DNA of 64,000 bases from Balanoglossus misakiensis (Eukaryota > Animalia > Hemichordata): assembly GCA_040954595.2 (NCBI GenBank), contig CM082594.2, forward strand, positions 8,945,612-9,009,611, given 5' to 3'. Under the pieces are notes generated by a model. It had not been told where the DNA came from and did no database searches. It saw only the letters and a list, made by a program, of their open reading frames with translations. Shown in pieces: positions 14,701 through 29,700 of the stretch. Each line of letters begins with the position of its first letter. The first letter of the stretch is position 1. The position numbers and the translations under genes were made by a program.

Positions 14701-17700
14701 TGCTGCTCAGTTGATGTAAACCTTGCTGTTGCAGTGACAGTTTCATCCGGGGATGTTGTAGATTCTACTCCTTCTGTTGCTGTAAACACACCTGCTGTTG
14801 ATGGCTGCTCAGTAGATGTAAACACATCTGCTGTTGATGGCTGCTCAGTTGATGTAAACCTTGCTGTTGCTGTGACAGTTTCATCCAGGGATGTTGTAGA
14901 TTCTACTCCTTCTGTTGCTGTTAACACACCTGCAGTTGATGGCTGCTCAGTAGATGTAAACACATCTGCTGTTGATGGCTGCTCAGTTGATGTAAACCTT
15001 GCTGTTGCTGTGACAGTTTCATCCAGGGATGTTGTAGATTCTACTCCTTCTGTTGATGTTAACACATCTGCTGTTGATGGCTGCTCAATTGATGTAAACC
15101 TTGCTGTTGCAGTGACAGTTTCATCCAGGGATGTTGTAGATTCTACTCCTTCTGTTGATGTCAACACATCTGCTGTTGATGGCTGCTCAGTTGATGTAAA
15201 CCTTGCTGTTGCAGTGACAGTTTCATCCAGGGATGTTGTAGATTCTACTCCTTCTGTTGATGTTAACACACCTGCTGTTGATGGCTGCTCAGTTGATGTA
15301 AACCTAGCTGTTGCCATGACAGTTTCATCCAGGGATGTTGTTGATTCTACTCCTTCTGTTGATGTTAACACACCTGCTGTTGATGGCTGCTCAGTTGATG
15401 TAAACCTTGCTGTTGCAGTGACAGTTTCATCCAGGGATGTTGTAGATTCTACTCCTTCTGTTGATGTTAACACACCTGCTGTTGATGGCTGCTCAGTTGA
15501 TGTAAACCTAGCTGTTGCCATGACAGTTTCATCCAGGGATGTTGTAGATTCTACTCCTTCTGTTGATGTCAACACATCTGCTGTTGATGGCTGCTCAGTT
15601 GATGTAAACCTTGCTATTGCAGTGACAGTTTCATCCAGGGATGTTGTAGATTCTACTCCTTCTGTTGATGTTAACAAACCTGCTGTTGATGGCTGCTCAG
15701 TTGATGTAAACCTAGCTGTTGCCATGACAGTTTCATCCAGGGATGTTGTAGATTCTACTCCTTCTGTTGATGTTAACACACCTGCTGTTGATGGCTGCTC
15801 AGTTGATGTAAACCTTGCTGTTGCAGTGACAGTTTCATCCAGGGATGTTGTAGATTCTACTCCTTCTGTTGATGTTAACACACCTGCTGTTGATGGCTGC
15901 TCAGTTGATGTAAACCTAGCTGTTGCCGCGACAGTTTCATCCAGGGATGTTGTAGATTCTACTCCTTCTGTTGATGTTAACACACCTGCTGTTGATGGCT
16001 GCTCAGTTGATGTAAACCTTGCTGTTGCAGTGACAGTTTCATCCAGGGATGTTGTAGATTCTACTCCTTCTGTTGATGTTAACACACCTGCAGTTGATGG
16101 CTGCTCAGTAGATGTAAACCTTGCTGTTGCAGTGACAGTTTCATCCAGGGATGTTGTAGATTCTACTCCTTCTGTTGATGTTAACACACCTGCAGTTGAT
16201 GGCTGCTCAGTTGATGTAAACCTAGCTGTTGCAGTGACAGTTTCATCCAGGGATGTTGTAGATTCTACTCCTTCTGTTGCTGTTAACACACCTGCAGTTG
16301 ATGGCTGCTCAGTAGATGTAAACCTTGCTGTTGCAGTGACAGTTTCATCCAGGGATGTTGTAGATTCTACTCCTTCTGTTGCTGTTAACACACCTGCAGT
16401 TGATGGCTGCTCAGTAGATGTAAACCTTGCTGTTGCAGTGACAGTTTCATCCAGGGATGTTGTAGATTCTACTCCTTCTGTTGATGTTAACACACCTGCA
16501 GTTGATGGATGCTCAGTAGATGTAAACCTTGCTGTTGCAGTGACAGTTTCATCCAGGGATGTTGTAGATTCTACTCCTTCTGTTGATGTTAACACACCTG
16601 CAGTTGATGGCTGCTCAGTTGATGTAAACCTAGCTGTTGCAGTGACAGTTTCATCCAGGGATGTTGTAGATTCTACTCCTTCTGTTGCTGTTAACACACC
16701 TGCAGTTGATGGCTGCTCAGTAGATGTAAACCTTGCTGTTGCAGTGACAGTTTCATCCAGGGATGTTGTAGATTCTACTCCTTCTGTTGCTGTTAACACA
16801 CCTGCAGTTGATGGCTGCTCAGTAGATGTAAACACATCTGCTGTTGATGGCTGCTCAGTTGATGTAAACCCTGCTGTTGCAGTGACAGTTTCATCCAGGG
16901 ATGTTGTAGATTCTACTCCTTCTGTTGATGTTAACACATCTGCAGTTGATGGCTGCTCAGTAGATGTAAACCTTGCTGTTGCAGTGACAGTTTCATCCAG
17001 GGATGTTGTAGATTCTACTCCTTCTGTTGCTGTTAACACACCTGCTGTTGACGGCTGTTCAGTTGATGTAAACACATCTGATGTTGATGGCTGCTCAGTT
17101 GATGTAAACACATCTGCTGTTGATGGCTGCTCAGTAGATGTAAACCTTGCTGTTGAAGTGACAGTTTCATCCAGGGATGTTGTTGATTCTACTCCTTCTG
17201 TTGATGTCAACACATCTGCTGTTGATTGCTGTTCAGTTGATGTAAAAACCTCTGCTGTTGACGGTTGCTCAGTTGATGTAAACTTTGCTGTTGCTGTGAC
17301 AGTTTCTTCCTGTGATGTTGTTGATTCAACTCCTTCTGTTGATGTCAACACACCTGCAGTTGATGGCTGCTCAGAAGATGTAAATCGTGCTGTTGCAGTG
17401 ACAGTTTCATCCGGGGATGTTGTTGATTCTACTCCTTCTGTTGCTGTTAACACATCTGCTGTTGACGGCTGTTCAGTTGATGTAAACACATTTGATGGTG
17501 ATGGCAGCTTAGTTGATGTAAACACATCTGCTGTTGATGGCTGCTCAGTTGATGTAAACCTTGCTGTTGCAGTGACAGTTTCATCCGGGGATGTTGTTGA
17601 TTCTACTTCTTCTGTTGATGTCATCACATCTGCTGTTGATTGCTGTTCAGTTGATGTAATCACATCTGATGTTGATGGCAGGTCAGTTGATGAAAACACA

Positions 17701-20700
17701 TCTGCTGTTGATTGCTGCTCAGTTGATGTAAAAACCTCTGCTGTTGATTGCTGCACAGTTGATGTAAACCTTGCTGTTGCAGTGACATTTCCATCCGGGG
17801 ATGTTGTTAATTCTACTCCTTCTGTTGATGTCAACACACCTGCTGTTAATGGCAGCTCAGTTGATGTAAACACATCTGCTGTTGACGGCTGTTCAGTTGA
17901 TGTAAACACATTTGATGGTGATGGCAGCTCAGTTGATGTAAACACATCTGCAGTTGATGGCTGCTCAGTAGATGTAAACCTTGCTGTTGCAGTGAAAGTT
18001 TCATCCAGGGATGTTGTTGATTCTTCTCCTTCTGTTGATGTCAACACATCTGCTGTTGATTGCTGCACAGTTGATGTTAACACATTTGCTGTTGATTGCT
18101 GTTCAGTTGATGTAAAAACCTCTGCTGTTGACGGTTGCTCAGTTGATGTAAATCTTGCTGTTGCAGTGACAGTTTCATCCAGGGATGCTGTTGATTCTAC
18201 TCCTTCTGTTGATGTCAACACATCTGCTGTTGATTGCTGCACAGTTGATGTAAACCTTGCTGTTGCAGTGACATTTCCATCCGGGGATGTTGTTAATTCT
18301 ACTCCTTCTGTTGATGTCAACACACCTGCTGTTGAAGGCAGCTCAGTTGATGTAAACTCATCTGCTGTTGATTGCTGTTCAGCTGATGAAAACCTTGCTG
18401 TTGCAGTGAAAGTTTCATCCGGGGATGTTGTTGATTCTTCTCCTTCTGTTGATGTAAACACATCTGCTGTTGATGGCAGCTCAGTTGATGTAAACACATC
18501 TGCTGTTGATTGCTGTTCAGCTGATGTAAACCTTGCTGTTGCAGTGAAAGTTTCATCCGGGGATGTTGTTGATTCAACTCCTTCTGTTGATGACAATTCA
18601 TCTGCTGTTGATTGCTGTTCTGTTGATGCAAACACATCTGTAAGTGATGGCAGGACAGTTGATGACAACACATCTGCTGTTGATTGCTGCTCAGTTGATG
18701 TAAACACATCTGCTGTTGATGGCTGCTCAGTTGAAGTTAACCTTGCTGTTGCTGTGACAGTTTCATCTGGGGATGTTGTTGATTCTACTCCTTCTGTTGA
18801 TGTCAACACATCTGCTGTTGATTGCTGTTCAGTTGATGTAAATACCTCTGCTGTTGACGGTTGCTCAGTTGATGTAAATCTTGCTGTTGCAGTGACAGTT
18901 TCATCCAGGGATGCTGTTGATTCTACTCCTTCTGTTGATGTCACCACATCTGCTGTTGATTGCTGTTCAGTTGATGTAAACCTTGCTGTTGCAGTGACAG
19001 TTTCATCCGGGGATGTTGTTGATACTACTCCTTCTGTTGATGTCAACACATCTGCTGTTGATTGCTGCTCAGTTGATGTAAACACATCTGCTGTTGACGT
19101 CTGTTCAGTAGATGTAAACCTTGCTGTTGCAGTGACAGTTTCATCAGGGGACGTTGTTGATTCTACTACTTCTGTTGATGTCAGCACACCTGCTGTAGAT
19201 CGCAGCTCAGTTGATGTCAACACATTTGCTGTTGATTGCTGTTTAGTTGATGTAAAAATCTCTGCTGTTGACGGCTGCTCAGTTGATGTAAACCTTGCTG
19301 TTGCAGCGACAGTTTCATCCGGGGACATTGTTGATTCTACTCCTTCTGTTGATGTCAACACACCTGCTGTAGATCGCAGCTCAGTTGATGTCAACACATT
19401 TGCTGTTGATTGCTCTTCAGTTGATGTAAAAATCTCTGCTGTTGACGGCAGCTCAGTTGATGTAAACCTTGCTGTTGCAGTGACAGTTTCATCTGGGGAT
19501 GTTGTTGTTTCTGCTCCTTCTGTTGATGTCAACACACCTGCTGTAGATCGCAGCTCAGTTGATGTCAACACATTTGCTGTTGATTGCTGTTCAGTTGATG
19601 TAAAAACCTCTGCTGTTGACGGTTGCTCAGTTGATGTAAACCTTGCTGTTGCAGTGACAGTTTCCTCCGGGGATGTTGTTGATTCCACTCCTTCTGTTGA
19701 TGACAGCACACCTGCTGTTGATTGCTGCTCAGTTGATGTAAACCCTGCTGTTGCAGTGACAGTTTCATCCGGGGATGTTGTTGATTCTACTCCTTCTGTT
19801 GATGTCAACACCCCTGCTGTTGATTGCTGTTCAGCTGATGTAAACCTTGCTGTTGCAGTGACAGTTTCATCCAGGGATGTTGTTGATTCTACTCCTTCTG
19901 TTGATGTCAACACACCTGCTGTTGAAGGCAGCTCAGTTGATGTCAACACATTTGCTGTTGATTGCTGTTCAGTTGATGTAAAAACCTCTGCTGTTGACGG
20001 TTGCTCAGTTGATGTAAACCTTGCTGTTGCAGTGACAGTTTCCTCCGGGGATGTTGTTGATTCCACTCCTTCTGTTGATGACAGCACACCTGCTGTTGAT
20101 TGCTGCTCAGTTGATGTAAACCCTGCTGTTGCAGTGACAGTTTCATCCGGGGATGTTGTTGATTCTACTCCTTCTGTTGATGTAAACACATTTGCTGTTG
20201 ATTGCTGTTCAGTTGATGTAAACCTTGCTGTTGCAGTGAAAGTTTCATCCGGGGATGTTGTTGATTCAACTCCTTCTGTTGATGACAACACACCTGCTGC
20301 TGATTGTTGTTCAGTTGATGTATACACTTCTGCTGTTGATGGCTGCTCGGTTGATGTAAACCTTGCTGTTGCAGTGACAGTTTCATCTAGGGATGTTGTT
20401 GTTTCTACTCCTTCTGTTGATGTCAACACACCTGCTGTAGATCGCAGCTCAGTTGATGTCAACACATCTGCTGTTGATTGCTGTTCAGTTGATGTAAAAA
20501 CCTCTGCTGTTGACGGTTGCTCAGTTGATGTAAACCTTGCTGTTGCAGCGACAGTTTCATCCGGGGACATTGTTGATTCTACTCCTTCTGTTGATGTCAA
20601 CACACCTGCTGTAGATCGCAGCTCAGTTGATGTCAACACATCTGCTGTTGATTGCTGTTCAGTTGATGTAAAAACCTCTGCTGTTGACGGTTGCTCAGTT

Positions 20701-23700
20701 GATGTAAACCTTGCTGTTGCAGCGACAGTTTCATCCGGGGATGTTGTTGTTTCTACTCCTTCTGTTGATGTCAACACACCTGCTGTAGTTCGCAGCTCAG
20801 TTGATGTCAACACATTTGCTGCTGATTGCTGTTCAGTTGATGTAAAAATCTCTGCTGTTGACGGCTGCTCAGTTGATGTAAACCTTGCTGTTGCAGTGAC
20901 AGTTTCATCTGGGGATGTTGTTGTTTCTACTCCTTCTGTTGATGTCAACACACCTGCTGTAGATCGCAGCTCAGTTGATGTCAACACATCTGCTGTTGAT
21001 TGCTGTTCAGTTGATGTAAAAACCTCTGCTGTTGACGGTTGCTCAGTTGATGTAAACCTTGCTGTTGCAGCGACAGTTTCATCCGGGGACATTGTTGATT
21101 CTACTCCTTCTGTTGATGTCAACACACCTGCTGTAGATCGCAGCTCAGTTGATGTCAACACATTTGCTGTTGATTGCTGTTCAGTTGATGTAAAAATCTC
21201 TGCTGTTGACGGCTGCTCAGTTGATGTAAACCTTGCTGTTGCAGTGACAGTTTCATCTGGGGATGTTGTTGTTTCTACTCCTTCTGTTGATGTCAACACA
21301 CCTGCTGTAGAACGCAGCTCAGTTGATGTCAACACATCTGCTGTTGATTGCTGTTCAGTTGATGTAAAAACCTCTGCTGTTGACGGTTGCTCAGTTGATG
21401 TAAACCTTGCTGTTGCAGCGACAGTTTCATCCGGGGATGTTGTTGTTTCTACTCCTTCTGTTGATGTCAACACACCTGCTGTAGATCGCAGCTCAGTTGA
21501 TGTCAACACATTTGCTGTTGATTGCTGTTCAGTTGATGTAAAAATCTCTGCTGTTGACGGCTGCTCAGTTGATGTAAACCTTGCTGTTGCAGTGACAGTT
21601 TCATCTGGGGATGTTGTTGTTTCTACTCCTTCTGTTGATGTCAACACACCTGCTGTAGATCGCAGCTCAGTTGATGTCAACACATCTGCTGTTGATTGCT
21701 GTTCAGTTGATGTAAATACCTCTGCTGTTGACGGTTGCTCAGTTGATGTAAACCTTGCTGTTGCAGCGACAGTTTCATCCGGGGACATTGTTGATTCTAC
21801 TCCTTCTGTTGATGTCAACACACCTGCTGTAGATCGCAGCTCAGTTGATGTCAACACATTTGCTGTTGATTGCTGTTCAGTTGATGTAAAAATCTCTGCT
21901 GTTGACGGCTGCTCAGTTGATGTAAACCTTGCTGTTGCAGTGACAGTTTCATCTGGGGATGTTGTTGTTTCTACTCCTTCTGTTGATGTCAACACACCTG
22001 CTGTAGATCGCAGCTCAAATGATGTCAACACATCTGCTGTTGATTGCTGTTCAGTTGATGTAAAAACCTCTGCTGTTGACGGTTGCTCAGTTGATGTAAA
22101 CCTTGCTGTTGCAGCGACAGTTTCATCCGGGGACATTGTTGATTCTACTCCTTCTGTTGATGACAACACACCTGCTGCTGATTGTTGTTCAGTTGATGTA
22201 TACACTTCTGCTGTTGATGGCTGCTCGGTTGATGTAAACCTTGCTGTTGCAGTGACAGTTTCATCTAGGGATGTTGTTGTTTCTACTCCTTCTGTTGATG
22301 TCAACACACCTGCTGTAGATCGCAGCTCAGTTGATGTCAACACATCTGCTGTTGATTGCTGTTCAGTTGATGTAAAAACCTCTGCTGTTGACGGTTGCTC
22401 AGTTGATGTAAACCTTGCTGTTGCAGCGACAGTTTCATCCGGGGACATTGTTGATTCTACTCCTTCTGTTGATGTCAACACACCTGCTGTAGATCGCAGC
22501 TCAGTTGATGTCAACACATCTGCTGTTGATTGCTGTTCAGTTGATGTAAAAACCTCTGCTGTTGACGGTTGCTCAGTTGATGTAAACCTTGCTGTTGCAG
22601 CGACAGTTTCATCCGGGGATGTTGTTGTTTCTACTCCTTCTGTTGATGTCAACACACCTGCTGTAGTTCGCAGCTCAGTTGATGTCAACACATTTGCTGC
22701 TGATTGCTGTTCAGTTGATGTAAAAATCTCTGCTGTTGACGGCTGCTCAGTTGATGTAAACCTTGCTGTTGCAGTGACAGTTTCATCTGGGGATGTTGTT
22801 GTTTCTACTCCTTCTGTTGATGTCAACACACCTGCTGTAGATCGCAGCTCAGTTGATGTCAACACATCTGCTGTTGATTGCTGTTCAGTTGATGTAAAAA
22901 CCTCTGCTGTTGACGGTTGCTCAGTTGATGTAAACCTTGCTGTTGCAGCGACAGTTTCATCCGGGGACATTGTTGATTCTACTCCTTCTGTTGATGTCAA
23001 CACACCTGCTGTAGATCGCAGCTCAGTTGATGTCAACACATTTGCTGTTGATTGCTGTTCAGTTGATGTAAAAATCTCTGCTGTTGACGGCTGCTCAGTT
23101 GATGTAAACCTTGCTGTTGCAGTGACAGTTTCATCTGGGGATGTTGTTGTTTCTACTCCTTCTGTTGATGTCAACACACCTGCTGTAGATCGCAGCTCAG
23201 TTGATGTCAACACATCTGCTGTTGATTGCTGTTCAGTTGATGTAAAAACCTCTGCTGTTGACGGTTGCTCAGTTGATGTAAACCTTGCTGTTGCAGCGAC
23301 AGTTTCATCCGGGGATGTTGTTGTTTCTACTCCTTCTGTTGATGTCAACACACCTGCTGTAGATCGCAGCTCAGTTGATGTCAACACATTTGCTGTTGAT
23401 TGCTGTTCAGTTGATGTAAAAATCTCTGCTGTTGACGGCTGCTCAGTTGATGTAAACCTTGCTGTTGCAGTGACAGTTTCATCTGGGGATGTTGTTGTTT
23501 CTACTCCTTCTGTTGATGTCAACACACCTGCTGTAGATCGCAGCTCAGTTGATGTCAACACATCTGCTGTTGATTGCTGTTCAGTTGATGTAAATACCTC
23601 TGCTGTTGACGGTTGCTCAGTTGATGTAAACCTTGCTGTTGCAGCGACAGTTTCATCCGGGGACATTGTTGATTCTACTCCTTCTGTTGATGTCAACACA

Positions 23701-26700
23701 CCTGCTGTAGATCGCAGCTCAGTTGATGTCAACACATTTGCTGTTGATTGCTGTTCAGTTGATGTAAAAATCTCTGCTGTTGACGGCTGCTCAGTTGATG
23801 TAAACCTTGCTGTTGCAGTGACAGTTTCATCTGGGGATGTTGTTGTTTCTACTCCTTCTGTTGATGTCAACACACCTGCTGTAGATCGCAGCTCAGTTGA
23901 TGTCAACACATCTGCTGTTGATTGCTGTTCAGTTGATGTAAAAACCTCTGCTGTTGACGGTTGCTCAGTTGATGTAAACCTTGCTGTTGCAGCGACAGTT
24001 TCATCCGGGGACATTGTTGATTCTACTCCTTCTGTTGATGTCAACACACCTGCTGTAGATCGCAGCTCAGTTGATGTCAACACATCTGCTGTTGATTGCT
24101 GTTCAGTTGATGTAAAAACCTCTGCTGTTGACGGTTGCTCAGTTGATGTTAACCTTGCTGTTGCAGTGACAGTTTCATCTGGGGATGTTGTTGTTTCTAC
24201 TCCTTCTGTTGATGTCAACACACCTGCTGTAGATCGCAGCTCAGTTGATGTCAACACATCTGCTGTTGATTGCTGTTCAGTTGATGTAAAAACCTCTGCT
24301 GTTGACGGTTGCTCAGTTGATGTAAACCTTGCTGTTGCAGCGACAGTTTCATCCGGGGATGTTGTTGTTTCTACTCCTTCTGTTGATGTCAACACACCTG
24401 CTGTAGATCGCAGCTCAGTTGATGTCAACACATTTGCTGTTGATTGCTGTTCAGTTGATGTAAAAATCTCTGCTGTTGACGGCTGCTCAGTTGATGTAAA
24501 CCTTGCTGTTGCAGTGACAGTTTCATCTGGGGATGTTGTTGTTTCTACTCCTTCTGTTGATGTCAACACACCTGCTGTAGATCGCAGCTCAGTTGATGTC
24601 AACACATCTGCTGTTGATTGCTGTTCAGTTGATGTAAAAACCTCTGCTGTTGACGGTTGCTCAGTTGATGTAAACCTTGCTGTTGCAGCGACAGTTTCAT
24701 CCCGGGATGTTGTTGTTTCTACTCCTTCTGTTGATGTCAACACACCTGCTGTAGAGCGCAGCTCAGTTGATGTCAACACATCTGCTGTTGATTGCTGTTC
24801 AGTTGATATAAAAACCTCTGCTGTTGACGGTTGCTCAGTTGATGTAAACCTTGCTGTTGCAGCGACAGTTTCATCTGGGGATGTTGTTGTTTCTACTCCT
24901 TCTGTTGATGTCAACACACCTGCTGTAGATCGCAGCTCAGTTGATGTCAACACATCTGCTGTTGATTGCTGTTCAGTTGATGTAAAAACCTCTGCTGTTG
25001 ACGGTTGCTCAGTTGATGTAAACCTTGCTGTTGCAGCGACAGTTTCATCCGGGGATGTTGTTGTTTCTACTCCTTCTGTTGATGTCAACACACCTGCTGT
25101 AGATCGCAGCTCAGTTGATGTCAACACATTTGCTGTTGATTGCTGTTCAGTTGATGTAAAAATCTCTGCTGTTGACGGCTGCTCAGTTGATGTAAACCTT
25201 GCTGTTGCAGTGACAGTTTCATCTGGGGATGTTGTTGTTTCTACTCCTTCTGTTGATGTCAACACACCTGCTGTAGATCGCAGCTCAGTTGATGTCAACA
25301 CATCTGCTGTTGATTGCTGTTCAGTTGATGTAAAAACCTCTGCTGTTGACGGTTGCTCAGTTGATGTAAACCTTGCTGTTGCAGCGACAGTTTCATCCGG
25401 GGACATTGTTGATTCTACTCCTTCTGTTGATGTCAACACACCTGCTGTAGATCGCAGCTCAGTTGATGTCAACACATCTGCTGTTGATTGCTGTTCAGTT
25501 GATGTAAAAACCTCTGCAGTTGACGGTTGCTCAGTTGATGTAAATCTTGCTGTTGCAGTGATAGTTTCATCTGGGGATGTTGTTGTTTCTACTCTTTCTG
25601 TTGATGTCAACACACCTGCTGTAGATCGCAGCTCAGTTGATGTCAACACATTTGCTGTTGATTGCTGTTCAGTTGATGTAAAAATCTCTGCTGTTGATGG
25701 CTGCTCAGTTGATGTAAACCCTGCTGTTGCAGTGACAGTTTCATCTGGGGATGTTGTTGTTTCTACTCCTTCTGTTGATGTCAACACACCTGCTGTAGAT
25801 CGCAGCTCAGTTGATGTCAACACATTTGCTGTTGATTGCTGTTCAGTTGATATAAAAACCTCTGCTGTTGACGGTTGCTCAGTTGATGTAAACCTTGCTG
25901 TTGCAGCGACAGTTTCATCTGGGGATGTTGTTGTTTCTACTCCTTCTGTTGATGTCAACACACCTGCTGTAGATCGCAGCTCAGTTGATGTCAACACATC
26001 TGCTGTTGATTGCTGTTCAGTTGATGTAAAAACCTCTGCTGTTGACGGTTGCTCAGTTGATGTAAACCTTGCTGTTGCAGCGACAGTTTCATCCGGGGAT
26101 GTTGTTGTTTCTACTCTTTCTGTTGATGTCAACACACCTGCTGTAGATCGCAGCTCAGCTGATGTCAACACATTTGCTGTTGATTGCTGTTCAGTTGATG
26201 TAAAAATCTCTGCTGTTGACGGCTGCTCAGTTGATGTAAACCTTGCTGTTGCAGTGACAGTTTCATCTGGGGATGTTGTTGTTTCTACTCCTTCTGTTGA
26301 TGTCAACACACCTGCTGTAGATCGCAGCTCAGTTGATGTCAACACATCTGCTGTTGATTGCTGTTCAGTTGATGTAAAAACCTCTGCTGTTGATTGCTGC
26401 ACAGTTGATGTAAACCTTGCTGTTGCAGTGACATTTCCATCCGGGGATGTTGTTGATTCTACTCCTTGTGTTGATGTCAACACAACTGCAGTAGATCGCA
26501 GCTCAGTTGATGTCAACACAACTGCTGTTGACGTCTGTTCAGTAGATGTAAACCTTGCTGTTGCAGTGACAGTTTCATCCGGGGACGTTGTTGTTTCTAC
26601 TCCTTCTGTTGATGTCAACACACCTGCTGTAGATCGCAGCTCAGTTGATGTCAACACATCTGCTGTTGATTGCTGTTCAGTTGATGTAAAAACCTCTGCT

Positions 26701-29700
26701 GTTGACGGTTGCTCAGTTGATGTAAACCTTGCTGTTGCAGCGACAGTTTCATCCGGGGATGTTGTTGTTTCTACTCCTTCTGTTGATGTCAACACACCTG
26801 CTGTAGATCGCAGCTCAGTTGATGTCAACACATCTGCTGTTGATTGCTGTTCAGTTGATGTAAAAACCTCTGCTGTTGACGGTTGCTCAGTTGATGTAAA
26901 CCTTGCTGTTGCAGCGACAGTTTCATCCGGGGATGTTGTTGTTTCTACTCCTTCTGTTGATGTCAACACACCTGCTGTAGATCGCAGCTCAGTTGATGTC
27001 AACACATCTGCTGTTGATTGCTGTTCAGTTGATATAAAAACCTCTGCTGTTGACGGTTGCTCAGTTGATGTAAACCTTGCTGTTGCAGCGACAGTTTCAT
27101 CTGGGGATGTTGTTGTTTCTACTCCTTCTGTTGATGTCAACACACCTGCTGTAGATCGCAGCTCAGTTGATGTCAACACATCTGCTGTTGATTGCTGTTC
27201 AGTTGATGTAAAAACCTCTGCTGTTGACGGTTGCTCAGTTGATGTAAACCTTGCTGTTGCAGCGACAGTTTCATCCGGGGATGTTGTTGTTTCTACTCCT
27301 TCTGTTGATGTCAACACACCTGCTGTAGATCGCAGCTCAGTTGATGTCAACACATCTGCTGTTGATTGCTGTTCAGTTGATATAAAAACCTCTGCTGTTG
27401 ACGGTTGCTCAGTTGATGTAAACCTTGCTGTTGCAGCGACAGTTTCATCTGGGGATGTTGTTGTTTCTACTCCTTCTGTTGATGTCAACACACCTGCTGT
27501 AGATCGCAGCTCAGTTGATGTCAACACATCTGCTGTTGATTGCTGTTCAGTTGATGTAAAAACCTCTGCTGTTGACGGATGCTCAGTTGATGTAAACCTT
27601 GCTGTTGCAGCGACAGTTTCATCCGGGGATGTTGTTGTTTCTACTCCTTCTGTTGATGTCAACACACCTGCTGTAGATCGCAGCTCAGTTGATGTCAACA
27701 CATTTGCTGTTGATTGCTGTTCAGTTGATGTAAAAATCTCTGCTGTTGACGGCTGCTCAGTTGATGTAAACCTTGCTGTTGCAGTGACAGTTTCATCTGG
27801 GGATGTTGTTGTTTCTACTCCTTCTGTTGATGTCAACACACCTGCTGTAGATCGCAGCTCAGTTGATGTCAACACATCTGCTGTTGATTGCTGTTCAGTT
27901 GATGTAAAAACCTCTGCTGTTGACGGTTGCTCAGTTGATGTAAACCTTGCTGTTGCAGCGACAGTTTCATCCGGGGACATTGTTGATTCTACTCCTTCTG
28001 TTGATGTCAACACACCTGCTGTAGATCGCAGCTCAGTTGATGTCAACACATCTGCTGTTGATTGCTGTTCACTTGATGTAAAAACCTCTGCTGTTGACGG
28101 TTGCTCAGTTGATGTAAACCTTGCTGTTGCAGCGACAGTTTCATCCGGGGATGTTGTTGTTTCTACTCCTTCTGTTGATGTCAACACACCTGCTGTAGAT
28201 CGCAGCTCAGTTGATGTCAACACATCTGCTGTTGATTGCTGTTCAGTTGATGTAAAAACCTCTGCTGTTGACGGTTGCTCAGTTGATGTAAACCTTGCTG
28301 TTGCAGCGACAGTTTCATCCGGGGATGTTGTTGTTTCTACTCCTTCTGTTGATGTCAACACACCTGCTGTAGATCGCAGCTCAGTTGATGTCAACACATC
28401 TGCTGTTGATTGCTGTTCAGTTGATGTAAAAACCTCTGCTGTTGACGGTTGCTCAGTTGATGTAAACCTTGCTGTTGCAGCGACAGTTTCATCCGGGGAT
28501 GTTGTTGTTTCTACTCCTTCTGTTGATGTCAACACACCTGCTGTAGATCGCAGCTCAGTTGATGTCAACACATCTGCTGTTAATTGCTGTTCAGTTGATA
28601 TAAAAACCTCTGCTGTTGACGGATGCTCAGTTGATGTAAACCTTGCTGTTGCAGCGACAGTTTCATCTGGGGATGTTGTTGTTTCTACTCCTTCTGTTGA
28701 TGTCAACACACCTGCTGTAGATCGCAGCTCAGTTGATGTCAACACATCTGCTGTTGATTGCTGTTCAGTTGATGTAAAAACCTCTGCTGTTGACGGTTGC
28801 TCAGTTGATGTAAACCTTGCTGTTGCAGCGACAGTTTCATCCGGGGATGTTGTTGTTTCCACTCCTTCTGTTGATGTCAACACACCTGCTGTAGATCGCA
28901 GCTCAGTTGATGTCAACACATCTGCTGTTGATTGCTGTTCAGTTGATATAAAAACCTCTGCTGTTGACGGTTGCTCAGTTGATGTAAACCTTGCTGTTGC
29001 AGCGACAGTTTCATCTGGGGATGTTGTTGTTTCTACTCCTTCTGTTGATGTCAACACACCTGCTGTAGATCGCAGCTCAGTTGATGTCAACACATCTGCT
29101 GTTGATTGCTGTTCAGTTGATGTAAAAACCTCTGCTGTTGACGGATGCTCAGTTGATGTAAACCTTGCTGTTGCAGCGACAGTTTCATCCGGGGATGTTG
29201 TTGTTTCTACTCCTTCTGTTGATGTCAACACACCTGCTGTAGATCGCAGCTCAGTTGATGTCAACACATTTGCTGTTGATTGCTGTTCAGTTGATGTAAA
29301 AATCTCTGCTGTTGACGGCTGCTCAGTTGATGTAAACCTTGCTGTTGCAGTGACAGTTTCATCTGGGGATGTTGTTGTTTCTACTCCTTCTGTTGATGTC
29401 AACACACCTGCTGTAGATCGCAGCTCAGTTGATGTCAACACATCTGCTGTTGATTGCTGTTCAGTTGATGTAAAAACCTCTGCTGTTGACGGTTGCTCAG
29501 TTGATGTAAACCTTGCTGTTGCAGCGACAGTTTCATCCGGGGACATTGTTGATTCTACTCCTTCTGTTGATGTCAACACACCTGCTGTAGATCGCAGCTC
29601 AGTTGATGTCAACACATCTGCTGTTGATTGCTGTTCACTTGATGTAAAAACCTCTGCTGTTGACGGTTGCTCAGTTGATGTAAACCTTGCTGTTGCAGCG